A stretch of 64,000 nt of DNA from Nemertoderma westbladi (GCA_032718475.1 JAUCBJ010006989.1:1-64000); one strand, 5' to 3'. Positions 11,582 through 25,400 are shown, numbered from the stretch's first letter. Notes: generated by a model from the sequence alone, not told the origin. Made by a program: numbers and translations.

Positions 11582-12420
11582 TTAAGAATGCTGTACCGGC
11601 TTGTCGACAAAATTGCGACGCCAAAACTCCCTATCACCCATGACATTTGCTAGTTTATCCGCATCTTCAAGGCCAGTGTCCTTTAAGATGCGTCTCAAGA
11701 AAGTCATGGGCTGTCCACCATGCTTATTCACTCCATGAGGCTGCCAAAGTACAAGATTATGCACTGGCTGGTCCTCACGGGGAAAGCAATGTCTGCAAAG
11801 CGGAGGCGATTTTGTTCTAGTGTCAAGCTTGGGTGAACCAATGAGACACCTCCAATGTCATATAGTGTCTGGTTGGAGATGTGTTAATTGCACTTGACAC
11901 AATGAACCCGGCGCAGCATTCTAGTGAAAGTGCCATCCAGAGATTTGGTATCCTCTGCAGTTAGAGCCCAGCGGACTCTCATATCAGAGTGGTACTACTG
12001 CTGCCATAAATAATCAAACCGTAAGGCTCCGTGGGCATTCCAAATCCTACACAGACTGAATGAATCCCCATTAGACTTCGAATGGATCTGTGTCACCATC
12101 AGCAGTAGACACAAACGTGGTGGAACCATCGTACAGGGATCGTAGCTACATTAGCTGCAATAATTTTCCCAGGAATCCCATATGCTGCCAGTAAGCTGAA
12201 CATACGTGGTCGGGAGATTGAGTCGAAGGCATTAAAGAAGTCAACAAAAAGATGATAACCAAATCAGTTGTCTGTCCTTCTTTATCGATAACTCTTCGAT
12301 TATCCATCTAAGTGCCAGAATAGGCTCCATGGTTCCACGAATTTTACGGAACCATTGGCTCCCACGTAACAGTCTCTCAACAGGTTCCCTGATGCGATTT
12401 AATAGAATTATGGTGTTCTC
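11582..12420 (-). mobile_element. RTE-clade LINE fragment with internal deletions, ending at the stop codon followed by (TA)n
   Basis: ORF 11582-11764 matches the C-terminus of 35602-35919. 12100-12420 matches RT sequence at 42490-42800. Confidence 0.85.
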
Positions 12421-13236
12421 GAGACGGGAGGACTTTTCTGCCAGGGAGTGGGTTGGTAGCGTATAGAGTAGAATAGAGTATATCAGAGTAAATGATGCGG
12501 AGATAAAAATAAGGAATAAATAAAAATACATTTGAATGCTTATTGTAAAAGCATTTGCGGACATAACAAGTAATTTTTACGCAATGCGCAGAATACTCTA
12601 AAATAGCCCTAAAATTATTCAACTACGCGTCAGAAAGGAATTAGAACCAAGATGACGAAATCTGTCAGCTGATTCTTTGTGTACGTGGAAGTTCTTTGTT
12701 CTGTCTTATTCAGCCAATCAGAGCAATTTTCACTTTACAGCTAACAGAAACCTATCTAAGAAACTCGCGCAATGCATTATGGTCATTATTATTTATTTCT
12801 GAGAATTAGAACCAACTCAGAATTCTGTGCTTCTGTACGGAAGTTTCAGACTTTGGCCCAGGAACATCTGATGGCATTGGTTATAGGAACGTAAATCTAT
12901 TAACCTGATCTGAACATGCTGCACTCTCAACTCACCCCTGACTACATATAACTGACTTACTTAACTCATTTCACCGCACTTTTTTACTTCTGTTTTATAG
13001 TATTAATTGTTGTTATATTAATGGATGTTGATGTTATATTTGGAGAATACTGATAAATAATCATAAACCCCTCAATCTTCTTGATTACTGAGGTAAGAGG
13101 AAACGAGTCTACCGGTAGCAACTGCGACTTAAATTATAGTGGTTTTGTGTGAATTAAATGCTATTTCATAATCCCTATGTGTGTCAGTTGCAATCCTCCT
13201 TATATATGATCAAATTCAGTGACGGTCGGCAAATTA

Positions 13237-13283
13237 GTGCGAAGTAGTGTAAAGTCGTGTGAAGTCGTGTGAAGTAGTGTGAA
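13237..13283. repeat. Short 10-bp tandem repeat (GTGTGAAGT[A/C]) x ~4.5
   Basis: Directly visible. Confidence 0.7.
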
Positions 13284-14244
13284 GGTTAATAAAGCATCTC
13301 CTAAAGAATGCGCTATTTACGAAACTCTTTGGCCATCTAGTTGTGATTAGTATAAGTCATAACTCTGTTTTTATACTTAAAGCGCCACGTCCTAAAGGAG
13401 CTGTTAATATTTCCCCGAAAGTAAATATAGTTGTCAGAGATTATATAGTAGCGATCAATCGAATAATACAGTAGGTCTACACTGCAATACTTCCCAAGGA
13501 ATCCGAATCCAGTCTCCCACACCGTGGGTCATACGCTGCGCACGGACTGGCTTCGGCAGATGTAACTTCAGTACACCAGGTAATTGGTAAAGGCTAAAGT
13601 CGATTTATAAACAAAAGGACAACTAAAATTGGCAGGTTAAACTGCTAAAGGTCTAAAAGCGCGAACACTTATTATTGATTACTAACAGAGTATATTGCCT
13701 TTCAGGAGACATTTGGAAGTCCCGGTCAGCAAGACTGCTGTTGGAGTGGGGGGTGGAGGTATCTGGTGGTAGCGGTGTCTGGCGGAAACGGGAACTGGCG
13801 AATGAAGGTGACGAGATGTCTAGGTTTGTCTCTCAATAAATTGAAGAACAAAAATATGATGATTTTTAGGATCTAATTGATTTGGTACATCGTTTTCGGT
13901 TTTACTTACGTTAGCAAATTATTTTATCGTTTAGAGATACTAGAATTCTATTGAACCTTTTAATAAACTCTACAAATAGTTCTCATTGGGAGCGCCATGA
14001 GGTATTAATTGATTATTTTACAAAACTTACGTAGGACAAATTCATCCGCCAATTTTATTTATTAATTCATCTATCTGTATATACATATTACTATATATTC
14101 TTCTTTTTTTTTATTTCATATATATATTACTGTGTCACATTTTATTTTATTCAGTGCAAGCGCTGATAGATGGGCATTTTATACCTTTTTTTGATCTTGA
14201 TAATTAAACCGCCGGTGGAATCCGGATATGAAATGAAATGAATA

Positions 14245-14710
14245 TCAGTGTTGACCTCTTTAAGGCCTTTGATTCAGTCTCTCGATCACGTATGTTCGTG
14301 CAGCATACTTGCAGCATATGGGATTCCTGATGAAATTATTGCAGCCAGCAGACCACTATACGATGTTTCGACAACATTCCGGTCTACTGCTGATTATGAC
14401 ACACTTTTCGCAATTTTCATTCGAAGTCCTATGGGGAAGTCCTTAAGGGTAATACACCTGCACCATTGAATTCCAACCAAGCACTTTCTAATGTTTACTT
14501 TGCTGATAATTTAGGAGTAATGTTTTTCGAGTACTTGCTCCTCATCTCGTGAAAACAGGCTGCTTCCTGATCAGGTCGTTTTGTTTACTTCATGAAGGCA
14601 AACTTTTGTAGTTAGTTTCGACAGTCCTAAGGAAATAAATGTTTGAACATATGAGCATAAGATGTAAGGATGGTGTCCTTCAGTATATGGATGACTTCCT
14701 TCTACTTGGC
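14245..14710 (+). mobile_element. Highly degenerate RTE RT fragment
   Basis: AYGIPDEIIAA peptide; reverse-complement similarity to 42080-42640 (TTTGCTGAT, GATGACTTC). Confidence 0.7.
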
Positions 14711-14861
14711 ATCAAGTAAGTACTCGGAAGTCAGATGACTAATGAGAAACTTACAACGTTGTGCGTTACAGTAATTGTGTTGGTTACAAAATAATGGCCG
14801 CCTCTGTAGGCTACTACCACTACGCCAATATTGTATAAGCATTGAGTATGTTATCCTGACT

Positions 14862-15690
14862 ACCTGCGAAGCGGAGGCGATTTTGTTCTAGTGTCAGCTT
14901 GGGGAACCAATGAGACACCTCCAACGTTATATTGTGTCTGGTTGGAGATGTGTACATTGTACTTGACACAATGAACCCGGCGTAGAATTCTTGTGAATAT
15001 GCCATCCAGAGATTTGGTGTCCTCAGCAGTTAGAGCCCAGTATATGGGTACTAGTTCTACTGCTGTTCTAAATAATCGAACCTTGTGTTTCCGTTTTATT
15101 CTATGTGACTTCCAATTATTGGAAAGTCTATTCAATTACATTACATTAGTTCCCATTACTTAGTCTTTCACCTGACTCCCATATCCATAATCCCAAGTAA
15201 CAGAAGTCGTCCACATACTCAAGCACATCATCCTTTGAGCTTTCCCTCATATTTAGGGAACATTTCCACAGGGATGTCGAAGCTAACTGTCAAAGTCTTG
15301 GTTTTCTCGGAATTAAAAAAAGACCAGCACTAGAAGCACGCTGATCCAATAAGAATAGCAGCCTGTTGATTGGTTGATCCTGGGATCCTGAGATTGGGAG
15401 CCCTGGGCTCCCTCAATGTGATTCAAGCAGAAGCAGTACTTCTAAGTGATCAGCAAAGATTAGATCAGTTATGTACTTGGCTGAATATTCTCGACTCCAA
15501 TAGAGGGTGTTGCCATCACCGCATGTTTGTTTATTATGATGGTCGAGGTCGAAGGACATAATCCACAACAATTATGAACAAGAATGATGCAAGCATCACT
15601 CAAGCAAGAATCACCCTCGCGAGCCCCATGTAACTTCGATTGATTCGGTGTCACCATCAGCAGTAGATACAAATGTTGTGGAATCATATA
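14862..15690 (-). mobile_element. Degenerate RTE RT/C-terminal fragment
   Basis: KVRLFRTAV...WALTAEDTKSLDG; similar to 41715-42530. Confidence 0.8.
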
Positions 15691-16441
15691 CAGTGCAGCA
15701 TGCCGGCAGAGGCAGAATAAGAAGAAGAATGAGTATATACATTGTTTAGTGTATTGTTATTTGTTTTACATAATGTATAATACTATTGCTTATCTATATA
15801 ACGGCAAGTTAATTATTAATTGATTAACGCAAAAGTGTAATAATCATATGAATGAAAGCAAGACAATATATTATCGAATAAATATATAAATAATATATAC
15901 AGTATAAAGACGAAAAGGTAAAGCACAATAAATATAAACCGCTTCAGTAATGTATGTCAAAAATATTAAACTTAAAAAACTAGTGTAAGATAATCACGTC
16001 ATTATAAATGTAGAAACTAATCATAAACAAATTAATATACTGATAAACTCAGTAATAACGAGATCGATATACATAGCCTACATTATAGAAAAGTTACTTA
16101 CCATTAATAATAAACCGGATGAAATTAAATTAATTAATAATTACAATACTTGGACTTATTACAGAAAAATTATTTATAGAGCAACCTCGTGTTGTGATAC
16201 CATATTGGATTGGTAAGATTTTGTATCAGATATTATATAATAACTATTAGCAATAAATTTACTTATTATTGTAATATTAGTGCATGATATTATGATATAA
16301 AGTAATATGATATTCTTCAGATATGGTATACATATCTACTACGAATAGACAACACATGGTAAGTTCAAGAAGAAGATACAGTACGTATAGACAAAAGCCA
16401 CATAAGCCGCAAAAATAGCAAATAAAAGCCACCAAACGTGG

Positions 16442-16707
16442 GTTGTCAACGAGTGTAATTCTTCCGATTTTCTTTGTAATATATATTTTATTATTATAAT
16501 TTTATGTAATTACAGTCTACGTACGTATTAATTACATCTATATACATATTTTACATACCATGCTGTTGTTATGGTTCTATGGGTAAATATATATATATAT
16601 ATATGTGGTGCTTTCTTCTATAACAATTCATAATTTTTAGATTCAGAATTAAAAAAAGTTCAGGCCTATGAAGATAAGAAAATCGGAAAGATTACTCCAG
16701 TTGACAG
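16442..16707. mobile_element. Small inverted-repeat element (MITE-like)
   Basis: TGTCAAC...TAAT..TTCCGATTTTCTT is mirrored by AAGAAAATCGGAAAGATTA...GTTGACA. Confidence 0.5.
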
Positions 16708-16754
16708 GATAACCCCATTACAATTATAATTGTTGTAATTTTGTATTAAACATA

Positions 16755-17654
16755 CACCATGTCCCAGAATATAGTGTCGTAATTCAGTGACACGCCCTTA
16801 AATTTTTTACAAATCTTAATGAGATTGCATGAAATTTGAAACAGAGATAGTTTCAACTCCCGACCACTGTCTGGGTGAGCCAGAATTTTTATTTTTGCTT
16901 TCAATCTTTAGCTACAAGCGTTTAAAAAGTGTCTCCAGCGATATTACACCAGTTACACCGCAGTTATTATTCTACCTTATAGCTGTTTGTTGGTACCAAT
17001 GGAAAGCTGGCCCTGCAAGGATTCCAAATATGTAACACAATTTGAATTTCGTTGAAAAATAGCGGAGATATGGGCTTTCAATTGTTGCATGGTTATGCAC
17101 CGGCGCGAGGCTATTTTATTCCATTTAATAAATGCATTATATTCTGGAATAATTTGTTTATCCAAATACGTAGCTGAGCAACAATGCGTTACATCTATAA
17201 TCATACTATTACGTAGCTATTCATACATTTAAAAAGTGTTCCAGAATATGGTTTATTTATTAAATATAATAAAATAGCCTCGCGCAGGTGCAAAACCATG
17301 TAACATTTGAACGCACACATCTCTGCTGTTTTTCAACGAAATTCAAATTGTGTTACATTATTTGGAATCCTTGCATGGCCAGCTTTCCATTTATACCAAC
17401 AAACAGCTATAAGGTAGAATAATAACTGCGGTGTAACTGGTGTAATATCGATGGAGACACTTTTTTTAAACGCTTGTAGCTAAAGATTGAAAGCCAAAAT
17501 AAAAATTCTGGCTCACCCAGTCAGTGGTCGGGAGGTGAAACTATCTCTGTTTCAAATGTCATGCAATCTCATTAAGATTTGTAGAAAAATTAGAGGGGGG
17601 GGGGGGGGGGGGGGGGGGGCACTGAATAACGACACTATATTCTGGGACATGGTG
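16755..17654. mobile_element. 900-bp palindromic MITE, TA-flanked, Tc1/mariner-like
   Basis: TA|CACCATGTCCCAGAATATAGTGTCG ... CGACACTATATTCTGGGACATGGTG|TA. The arms are complementary over about 400 bp with a ~90-bp spacer. Confidence 0.92.
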
Positions 17655-17785
17655 TATGTAGGTGCGAATGTTTAGAATGTGGGAAAGGCGAATCCGTTGA
17701 TTTTATATTCATTATGTTGATGACTCAGAGCAAGATTAACTGTCTGTTCAGTTCTACGAACTAGCCCACATTCTAGAACAACTTC

Positions 17786-19102
17786 TCACTTAGTTTTTGT
17801 GTAGATCTGAGAATATCGACATGCAAAAACGGCTGCAAGGGCTACAATGAAAGGTAAGCCCACCAAACTAAGCAGAGAAGAGGCTAATTGGAAACCAAAA
17901 TAGTCATTGAGGAGACCACCAAAGACACCACCCATAATATTTCCAAGAGACAATGAGATCCGATAAGCTTGTTGGAGAAGAGATCTGGTATCAACATTGT
18001 CAGGATATCCACAAACTTTCACAACCAGTTGCGTTTGTGTTTCGAGTCCAGGCACCTGGTACATCCCCCCACCAAGTCCCAACAGCGCAATTCCAGTGAG
18101 TGATATTGCCAGAGAATGTGGTATACCAAGTATTTCCGTTGGTCCTATTAGTTGCATTGATACAGTTGTCACTATGGTAGCAATTACAGTTGGATATATT
18201 GGTTTCCATCTTTTAATCAAGACTGTCATTAATAACCCAGTGGAACATAGAAAAACTGGAAAGATCATAAAATCAAGACCAATATAGTATTGGGTTACAC
18301 TGTAGTAGTTGTGTATATATGAGGCATAATTTACCATGGCAAAATATTCACTGATGTTGTAAAATACATTCCATGTAAAGATGAGCGCGATACCAGGATT
18401 CTTGAGTATTCCAACGTAAGTAGGTCTTTCTTCCTTAGTTTCGCATCGATCATAAAGGCGACCAGGGGACTCAAACAAGCAGTAAAGGATGATAACGAGA
18501 AACATCGAACCAGAAATTACAAATGGGAATGGAAACCCTAATTTCGCAAATACCGAGGAACCAAAAACTGGAGCAAGTGTGTAGCCCAGCGTGTCAAATA
18601 CAACAGCTAGACTGGCTACTAAAGTGCGGTGCAAAGGGTTTAATTCCATAAGGAGATTTAGTGAATACATATAACTGATATTAAGACCAATTCCTTCCAA
18701 GGCTCGTAATGAAAAGCAAACAAGTATATGAACTGTGTTGTTCGGAATGAATTCCACAAATCCGAAAAGCAAATGAGAAATTGATCCAAGAATCCCAAAG
18801 AGACCGAGGGAAATTCGTGTTCCCCAGTTAGTGATCGAGTGATTTAAAATTAGGAAAATGAGTAGTCTGACAAATGAGAACATTACAAGCAATGAACCGG
18901 TGAGGGTCTTTGACCAACCCCGATGTTCAACAACAATTGGGAAAAATGTTTCCAGGAGATTGTTACACCACCCAGGTATAATTTGAAAAGTAACCAATAA
19001 AGCCACCAATACATAAAGTCGATAGCCTTTGAGGTGTTTGCTATTTTTGATTCTGTCAATTGAAAGTTTATTGCTAATGGGACTTCCTTCTTCAACTTCC
19101 AT
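17786..19102 (-). CDS. MFS transporter, SLC18B1/VMAT-like, single coding exon, ~438 aa from ATG 19102
   Basis: About 12 hydrophobic segments with RALEGIG, GYTLAPVFGS, LGFPFPF and GGVFGGLLNDYFGF motifs. The ORF-track extension to GTG 19192 runs through (TA)n and is probably non-coding. Confidence 0.85.
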   Translation of the reverse strand: MEVEEGSPISNKLSIDRIKNSKHLKGYRLYVLVALLVTFQIIPGWCNNLLETFFPIVVEHRGWSKTLTGSLLVMFSFVRLLIFLILNHSITNWGTRISLGLFGILGSISHLLFGFVEFIPNNTVHILVCFSLRALEGIGLNISYMYSLNLLMELNPLHRTLVASLAVVFDTLGYTLAPVFGSSVFAKLGFPFPFVISGSMFLVIILYCLFESPGRLYDRCETKEERPTYVGILKNPGIALIFTWNVFYNISEYFAMVNYASYIHNYYSVTQYYIGLDFMIFPVFLCSTGLLMTVLIKRWKPIYPTVIATIVTTVSMQLIGPTEILGIPHSLAISLTGIALLGLGGGMYQVPGLETQTQLVVKVCGYPDNVDTRSLLQQAYRISLSLGNIMGGVFGGLLNDYFGFQLASSLLSLVGLPFIVALAAVFACRYSQIYTKTK

Positions 19103-19243
19103 TTCGTACTTTACAATGAATATAATATATATATATATATACAGCCAGGTAATAAATATAGTACTATATATGATTGCAGCAGAGACCGACACTGTAATGA
19201 ATATAAAAGTTGTGGAATTTGATGTTGATTTGCTACACTAAAC

Positions 19244-19337
19244 GGTCATCCCGGCAGATCCGGGAACACTGCCCCCCACGCGATATGGCCATCTTTCCTA
19301 GCTCTTACATTTTATATTCCGGTGTCCAAAAGTGTTC
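19244..19337 (+). ncRNA. HDV-like ribozyme remnant at an RTE 5' end
   Basis: P1 GGTCAT/ATGGCC; J1/2 hairpin CCCGG/CCGGG; P2 GAACACT/AGTGTTC; P3 GCC/GAT (one mismatch); L3 CCCCACGC; J4/2 CAAA. The P1.1 GG and P4 5' strand are missing. Confidence 0.6.
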
Positions 19338-19850
19338 ATTAAGACTCATTAGCCGACTACCGTGACGGATCATGACAGAAGGCTCCACCCAGCGCAAGGT
19401 TATTTACAGCTAACAAAAACGTATTGAGATCTAGCACCTTCAACAATGAGAACTTAAAACTAAGACTGCCATAAAGCAAAACGGTATCAACTGATGGCCG
19501 AAAAAGGAGCGCCCTTTCAAAGAGTCTGAAATATAAGTCTCCTCCTCTACATTCTGAAGAGCTTGTGAATGCCTTAGCCATCTGTTATATATAAAGGGAT
19601 TAACATTGGAGAAGGCTTCTTAAAGCTGCTGCTTCCCGGGTGAGCGACTTCTGTGCTCTCTTCCATAGTTCCATTCCTCGGGGCATTGAAACAATTTGAA
19701 TAACACGTCATGATCACCCTGTACTGTAGTACAGTCAGACAGGTATAATGCCATGTCGGACCCACACAATCCGAACAGTAATAAATTGATCTGATCGCAT
19801 CAATTCCCATAGAAATATTTTGAACATGCGTGGTCGTGATTCCTTCTACA
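19244..19850 (+). mobile_element. Degenerate 5' end of RTE-clade LINE (ribozyme, leader, APE endonuclease remnants)
   Basis: LFTANKNVLRSSTFN followed by frameshifted MRT (resembles the xTFNVRTL APE start) at ~19400-19460. THT...IDLI-like remnants at ~19760-19800. Confidence 0.55.
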
Positions 19851-21969
19851 AAAGGTCTACAAAATGTCTACAAAATGTCACCAATTCCATGTCATTATTG
19901 GCAGATATATGCATACATACACCTATCTAAATACATACATTATACACAGAAGAACCACTAGGATTGACTGCCAACCGCCTATGCACCACAACGCCTCCAC
20001 ATATTGCGATCAGCCATGTTAATCTCAAATTAATCTGCATTATCAATAGCATTTCTTACCACCAACCGCCTGCCATAGAAGATGATAACGCAGACGTCAA
20101 GACTCATCGTCGTGCGTGTCTACAGGATGGTGATGGGATTAGGTAGGAAGTTAAAGGTGATGTGCAAAAAATATTTGCTATTTTAGGATTTTAGCCTATT
20201 CGGGGGTCTTCAACAGATCTCCGAATTTAAGGTTCTAACTAGCCGAACTCCTTCCATCGGGTTGTTTGTTTGAATAAATTGAACTCCTTCCATGACCAAC
20301 ATTTTCAACCAGGCCATCCAACCTATGTCAGACCTATGTGTATGTCATTATACACATACACATGTATATTGTATATTATACACACCTACACTGGTTGGAA
20401 TCCACGTTCATTCAGAATTTTTCCCAGGATTGGCATATATAAACATATCTGGGAACTATCGAATGTTTCTGACGTTAAACCCAGATAATTACCAAATTCG
20501 AGATTCGCGCATTCAATCTTAAGTGGCCTTAGGCTAGCAATAAAAATAAGAATCCACGCCATCACAAAGCAAAGACCTAATGCAGGCATGTGTGCCGCCA
20601 GCCCCGGAAGCTCGTGTCATGTGATGGAGGATTAGCAAAATAATTCGTTGGCTTTAATTAGATATCGCATATTATAAGAATACGATTGGTAGGATTTTGA
20701 TACTATTTTGTGAGTTTGTTGCTTTTAATACTATTTTATTGGATTGTTTAGTTTAGACTGCGCTGATTGGCTGAACAGTTTGGGTGTAAACCATTATGAT
20801 TGCAGAAGGAACTGAAACTCGGCCAAGATTATTGGCTAATGCGCACATGTGGTGCACTGGGATTGGTTCTACTTTGTTGGGCTGTATTTTGCAACCCAAC
20901 ATTAAATCTCCACCTAGTGGTTGTGAAGCGCATTTCGCAGGTTGATTGTGGTGCACGCTCAGTGGCTTCCAGGCCGCCGTAATGTGACATCAATGAAAGA
21001 TTTCATCAGTTTTAATAGTTCTTTTGAGAAACTAAATAAAATGTTTACCGTAATTCTAAATTTCCTAAGTTTCGGTTGACTTGGTTTTGTTTCAGTACAA
21101 ACAATGCATTTTAAGCTGAAAGGTAAGGAGGTATTGGAGAGCCCTATATCGATGCGAGAATTTGTCTCTTTTAACTTATAAAATTTATGACCAACTATTG
21201 ACATATAATAATATTGTTGATGTTTGTGTCTATAAATAAACTCATTAGTTCCACCAATTCCGCTGAGGAATCGTCAGCGCTTATCCGCAGAAGGGTAGAT
21301 AGTCTTTTTACAATCTTTAGGATTGTTTTTTCATTAGAGCACAGTATTTTTTCACACAGTATTAGTTTTCAAACGTTCATTCATAAAAAGAAAACATGGA
21401 AAAAAACTACTAAAAATTAGTGATTCCTATAGCATTAATGTAGGTTTTATTTTAATAATCTTAATATTTCATTAATATGTTCGACTCCCTAACTCTAGGC
21501 TACTCAACCAAATTAAAATTAAAACATTTAGGTTTGCAATAAATTAAAAAAAAATGATTTAATGGATTATGGAAGGCATTCACCGTATTGAATTGTTCAG
21601 TTTCATTACCGTTCAACGATCCTCCCAAACCCGTGTTTGACAATGATATCTTTCCATAAATGATAATTATTATTTATTATTGATATTGTTTGGTGAGAAT
21701 GAGTGGTTGAAGAGAGGCTAATTACAATATATAAGTGAGTAAATTGATTGGCAGCTGTTGATGGTATTGGCAGATGGGAGGCCATTGCGGAGATAAAAGG
21801 TATCAAGTCTAAAATCAATAGTATCAACAATGATTTTATTTAATTAAAATTAATTTTTGCAAACAATAAATTTAAATTAAATTTAAATTAAAATAATATA
21901 TTGAGAAAAACCTTATTATTAAAAAATTGTATAAATATAAAAATGGTGGTTAAATTTCAGCAACGGGAG

Positions 21970-22190
21970 TTAGACGTGCATCTCACAGTTTGAGTTGGCT
22001 AATATTAGGGAGGTGTCGGCAACTTGATGTACTGGCCGGTTGCGTGCCGAGCGCGACCCACAGAGACACATGAGGCTGGCTCGAAGGAGTGCAAAACACA
22101 CTTGTCGCCTTACCCAGTTGACGCATTCCGAGTAACGGACATGTGGCCAGCTTTGAGAAAAGGTGTTTGATGAACTGAGTAGTAGTCTAG
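21970..22190 (-). mobile_element. 3' remnant of CRE-like (RLE) non-LTR retrotransposon
   Basis: YSECVNWVRRQVCFALLRASLMCLCGSRS resembles the YSxxxxWxRxxxSFALLRSxxMCxRGSR C-terminus of animal CRE-type elements. Confidence 0.6.
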
Positions 22191-22230
22191 ACAAGGTATC
22201 AAGTAGTATTTCGATGTCTAGCTTTTACCT

Positions 22231-22305
22231 GAGCCGCTAGCGGAATGGCTAGAGCTAGAGACTTCCAACCCGGAGGTCACCAGTTCGATCCCAGATGGAC
22301 GTCAT
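22231..22305 (+). mobile_element. tRNA-derived SINE head or tRNA pseudogene
   Basis: A box TAGCGGAATGG and B box GTTCGATCC at tRNA spacing; the stems pair poorly. Confidence 0.55.
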
Positions 22306-22477
22306 TGCCGACTTTAAAAGTTCTGCCCAACAAAAGTTATGAATGATAATGGGAGTTATGGGACTATACGAAAGATGATTAATAATAATTTTATATCAAA
22401 TGTAAATATAAAGATTGCAAAGTTGTATAATATTTCAAATCTACGGTATTTACATATCATGGCATATACCTGAGAAA

Positions 22478-25400
22478 TCAAAGTAGAACATTTGAAGCAA
22501 TTTTATCAAGAATTTTAAGAGCCTCAAAACGAAATTCGCTTATATATTTTTCTAATTTGGCCAATCGAGCAGCCCTTTCGTTTTCTCTTGTATGCTCGAC
22601 ATGCTTCTCACCGAGTAACTTTCTATTAATCACGGACCCAAATACAATTGGTATGTTGCTAATCTTCACTGCCAACTCCTTTATCTCTAATTCGATTTTT
22701 CCAATTCTTGCAGATAATATATCCGAGAAAGCTAATACGTTCCCTCCACATTCTATCACTTGTTCCTCTAAATGATAAAGCTGCTTGTTTACAGACCTCT
22801 TAAGATTCTCAACCGCTTTTTTTGCGTCATTCAGTTCTCGTATTGCTTTAGCCTGTTCGGATGCCAATGTTAACAATGCGATTTTCGATTGGTAACTTCC
22901 ATTATTGATTGCTTTTACGGCAACCTGGAGTTTACCTAAAATACGTTCCTCAAGAACATCGGGCGTATTTTCTAATTCGCAAAGCTTTTTTTCACCCAGT
23001 TCCATGCGAGTCAGTGTAATTTCTTGAGGTTCTGAAAATTTCCTAAATTGGTAGTCAATGCTTCGCTTTAATCCCTCTAACATGTTATACATGTTGTACC
23101 TGATCTCTGATAGATTTATTATCACATTTTTCAACTTTATATCTATGTCTTGCAAACGTTTCTCTAAAGATTTATTATTTGCATTATCTCTCTTATAAAT
23201 GAAATTATTAGCTGGTCTTTCCTCCCAGGAGCTTAGGTTATGTAATATTTCAGCTGTATAATTAATACGGATGCGACGTTTGCTGTGGATTCCAACAAAT
23301 CGAAGGATCAGAGAGATTAAGATGAAAGGGGGAGGAAGTACTGGTTTCGAATAATATTCCTCAATCAATGTGTACCTCTGAAAGAGCCAATACTCGTCTG
23401 TTTTTTCTTGAACTGTTTCGAAGGTGGAGCTAAACATGGCAATAAGGAGATTCAAAAGTAGGATATAGCAAAGTATAAGATAAAATGAGAGAAATAGGAT
23501 GGTCCACGAGGATTGTTGAGCGCATGGTGAATCAAAGGAGCTTGTTTGACAATCATCCATGTTGTACTCGTCGAGAAATAATTCACCATAAATATGAAAG
23601 TATGAATGATAGAATATGTTTTTAAATATTGTTATTGCATCCCTTTTGTCGGATGGGTACATTAAGCCCTGGGTCACGACGCCATAAGCAATTGAATACA
23701 CCGCTAATACAATTACAAAAAACATTAAATCAACCACCATTTTTTTCATGATGACCAGCTTTGGACCAAGAGTACGACTGAGTGATGCAGCATGTAGTAA
23801 ACGAGTGAATAAAAACCAAAGTGAAAAACAGTACATTATTTTCACTGCTGTTGTGTGATCACCTACAAATCTCAAAATCATACCAATTGTAAAGAAGGCG
23901 ATTCCTAGGAAGTCAAGTTTATTCCAAATATCTCTACTCCAAGACAAAACTTTATTCTTCCAAGATGGGATGTCGCGGTCATATATTTGACGAAATTCCT
24001 CAATAAATATTATAAATGTCCATACCATGAGAAATATTTCCCAACTGCTTGGCTTATTAGCAGGATTTGCATGAGGGTAATTTATTGATGATTTGTTGGT
24101 ATTAAATGTTTCATTAGAATCATCAAGGTCGTAAACATGCATTCTTACGATATAACTAAAAAGAAACAAATATAGAACAAAAAAGATAACATTGAACCAA
24201 AATACAACTATCGGAGCCCTACCAAACTGATATAATTTCTCTCCATAGCTGAGTTGGCGAACATTAAACTCATCCAGAGATGAAAGTTGTCGAATATTTT
24301 CAACTGGTTTGCGCAGTTTAAAGTGGGGGCGACTTTGATCCAGAATTCTGCTGATACAACCTCTCTTAATTATGCTGAGCTCTTCCACATCCCCATGGTA
24401 TTCAACAAAATAAGGTGCTAAAAAAGGGGTGCACATTAACCCAGCTATTATAAACTGTGAGGTATCTTGGGACATCTCACCAAACCATAAACTTGTTAAT
24501 AGCGCTTGGCAAGCTGATTGTGACATAAATTTCCGGCAGTTGCCTGTTTGCGCCAATTCTAATATAGTTGTTTTCCCGAAAAGTGGAAGCTCAGCACAAA
24601 GAATGCACATGGTTTTCAAGCAGTTATTTTTATAACATTCATCTAAAACACCAATAGCTCTCTCCTCAAAAGTTGTGGCTAACGCTTTGTATTGGCTGAT
24701 TTGTTTGAAGTCACGATTGTAATGAGATGTTGATAACGACTTAGCTATTTTACATGCCAAAAGTGCAGAGGCGCAAGAGAAATTTGCTTCACACCAGAAG
24801 TACTGTGACATTTCAGTTCGGCATAACAACAACGAATATATCAACAACTCTCTTGCCGGTTCCTCAAACACATTTTCCAAGTATTCGACTTCATCTTTAG
24901 AGATACCACCATTGGCATCCTGTTTGTCTATTCCAGATTCAAGGGCATGTGATATTGGTTTGTTTATTTTCTTAGTTTCAGATATGTAAATTAGCGGCTC
25001 AGATATATTACTTGGTGAATCCAATTGAATTTTCGATTTACCCTTGTCTTTGTTGTATTTTGAATCTCTCTTATAAATAGAATTGTAATATATCGAATGA
25101 CCAATTAGATATTCAATCACATCACCAACATTATACAAAGTGAACCTGTCGCCATTTGTTATATAATTATTTAATATCTTTTCAAGAATACAATTGCGTG
25201 GCAAGTTATTATACAAATCTGTCAATCTCGATACAGTTAGAAATTTCAATAAATTGACCCCATTATCGGAAAATAAGTGAACAAAATCCATTTGATCATT
25301 TACTAAGGCAGCATAAAGGTGTTGATGGAGATTCACGTGATTCGATCTTATTCCTCCGTCAAAGATATATGATTTTGCAATGTCAGCACGGTTCCATTCC

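Noticed and set aside
19103-19192. N-terminal 30 aa of the MFS ORF
   Set aside because: GTG start running through a (TA)n tract; ATG 19102 is more plausible.
22231-22305. Functional tRNA gene (also considered for 36163-36235)
   Set aside because: A and B boxes are present but acceptor and anticodon stems do not pair; SINE-like context.
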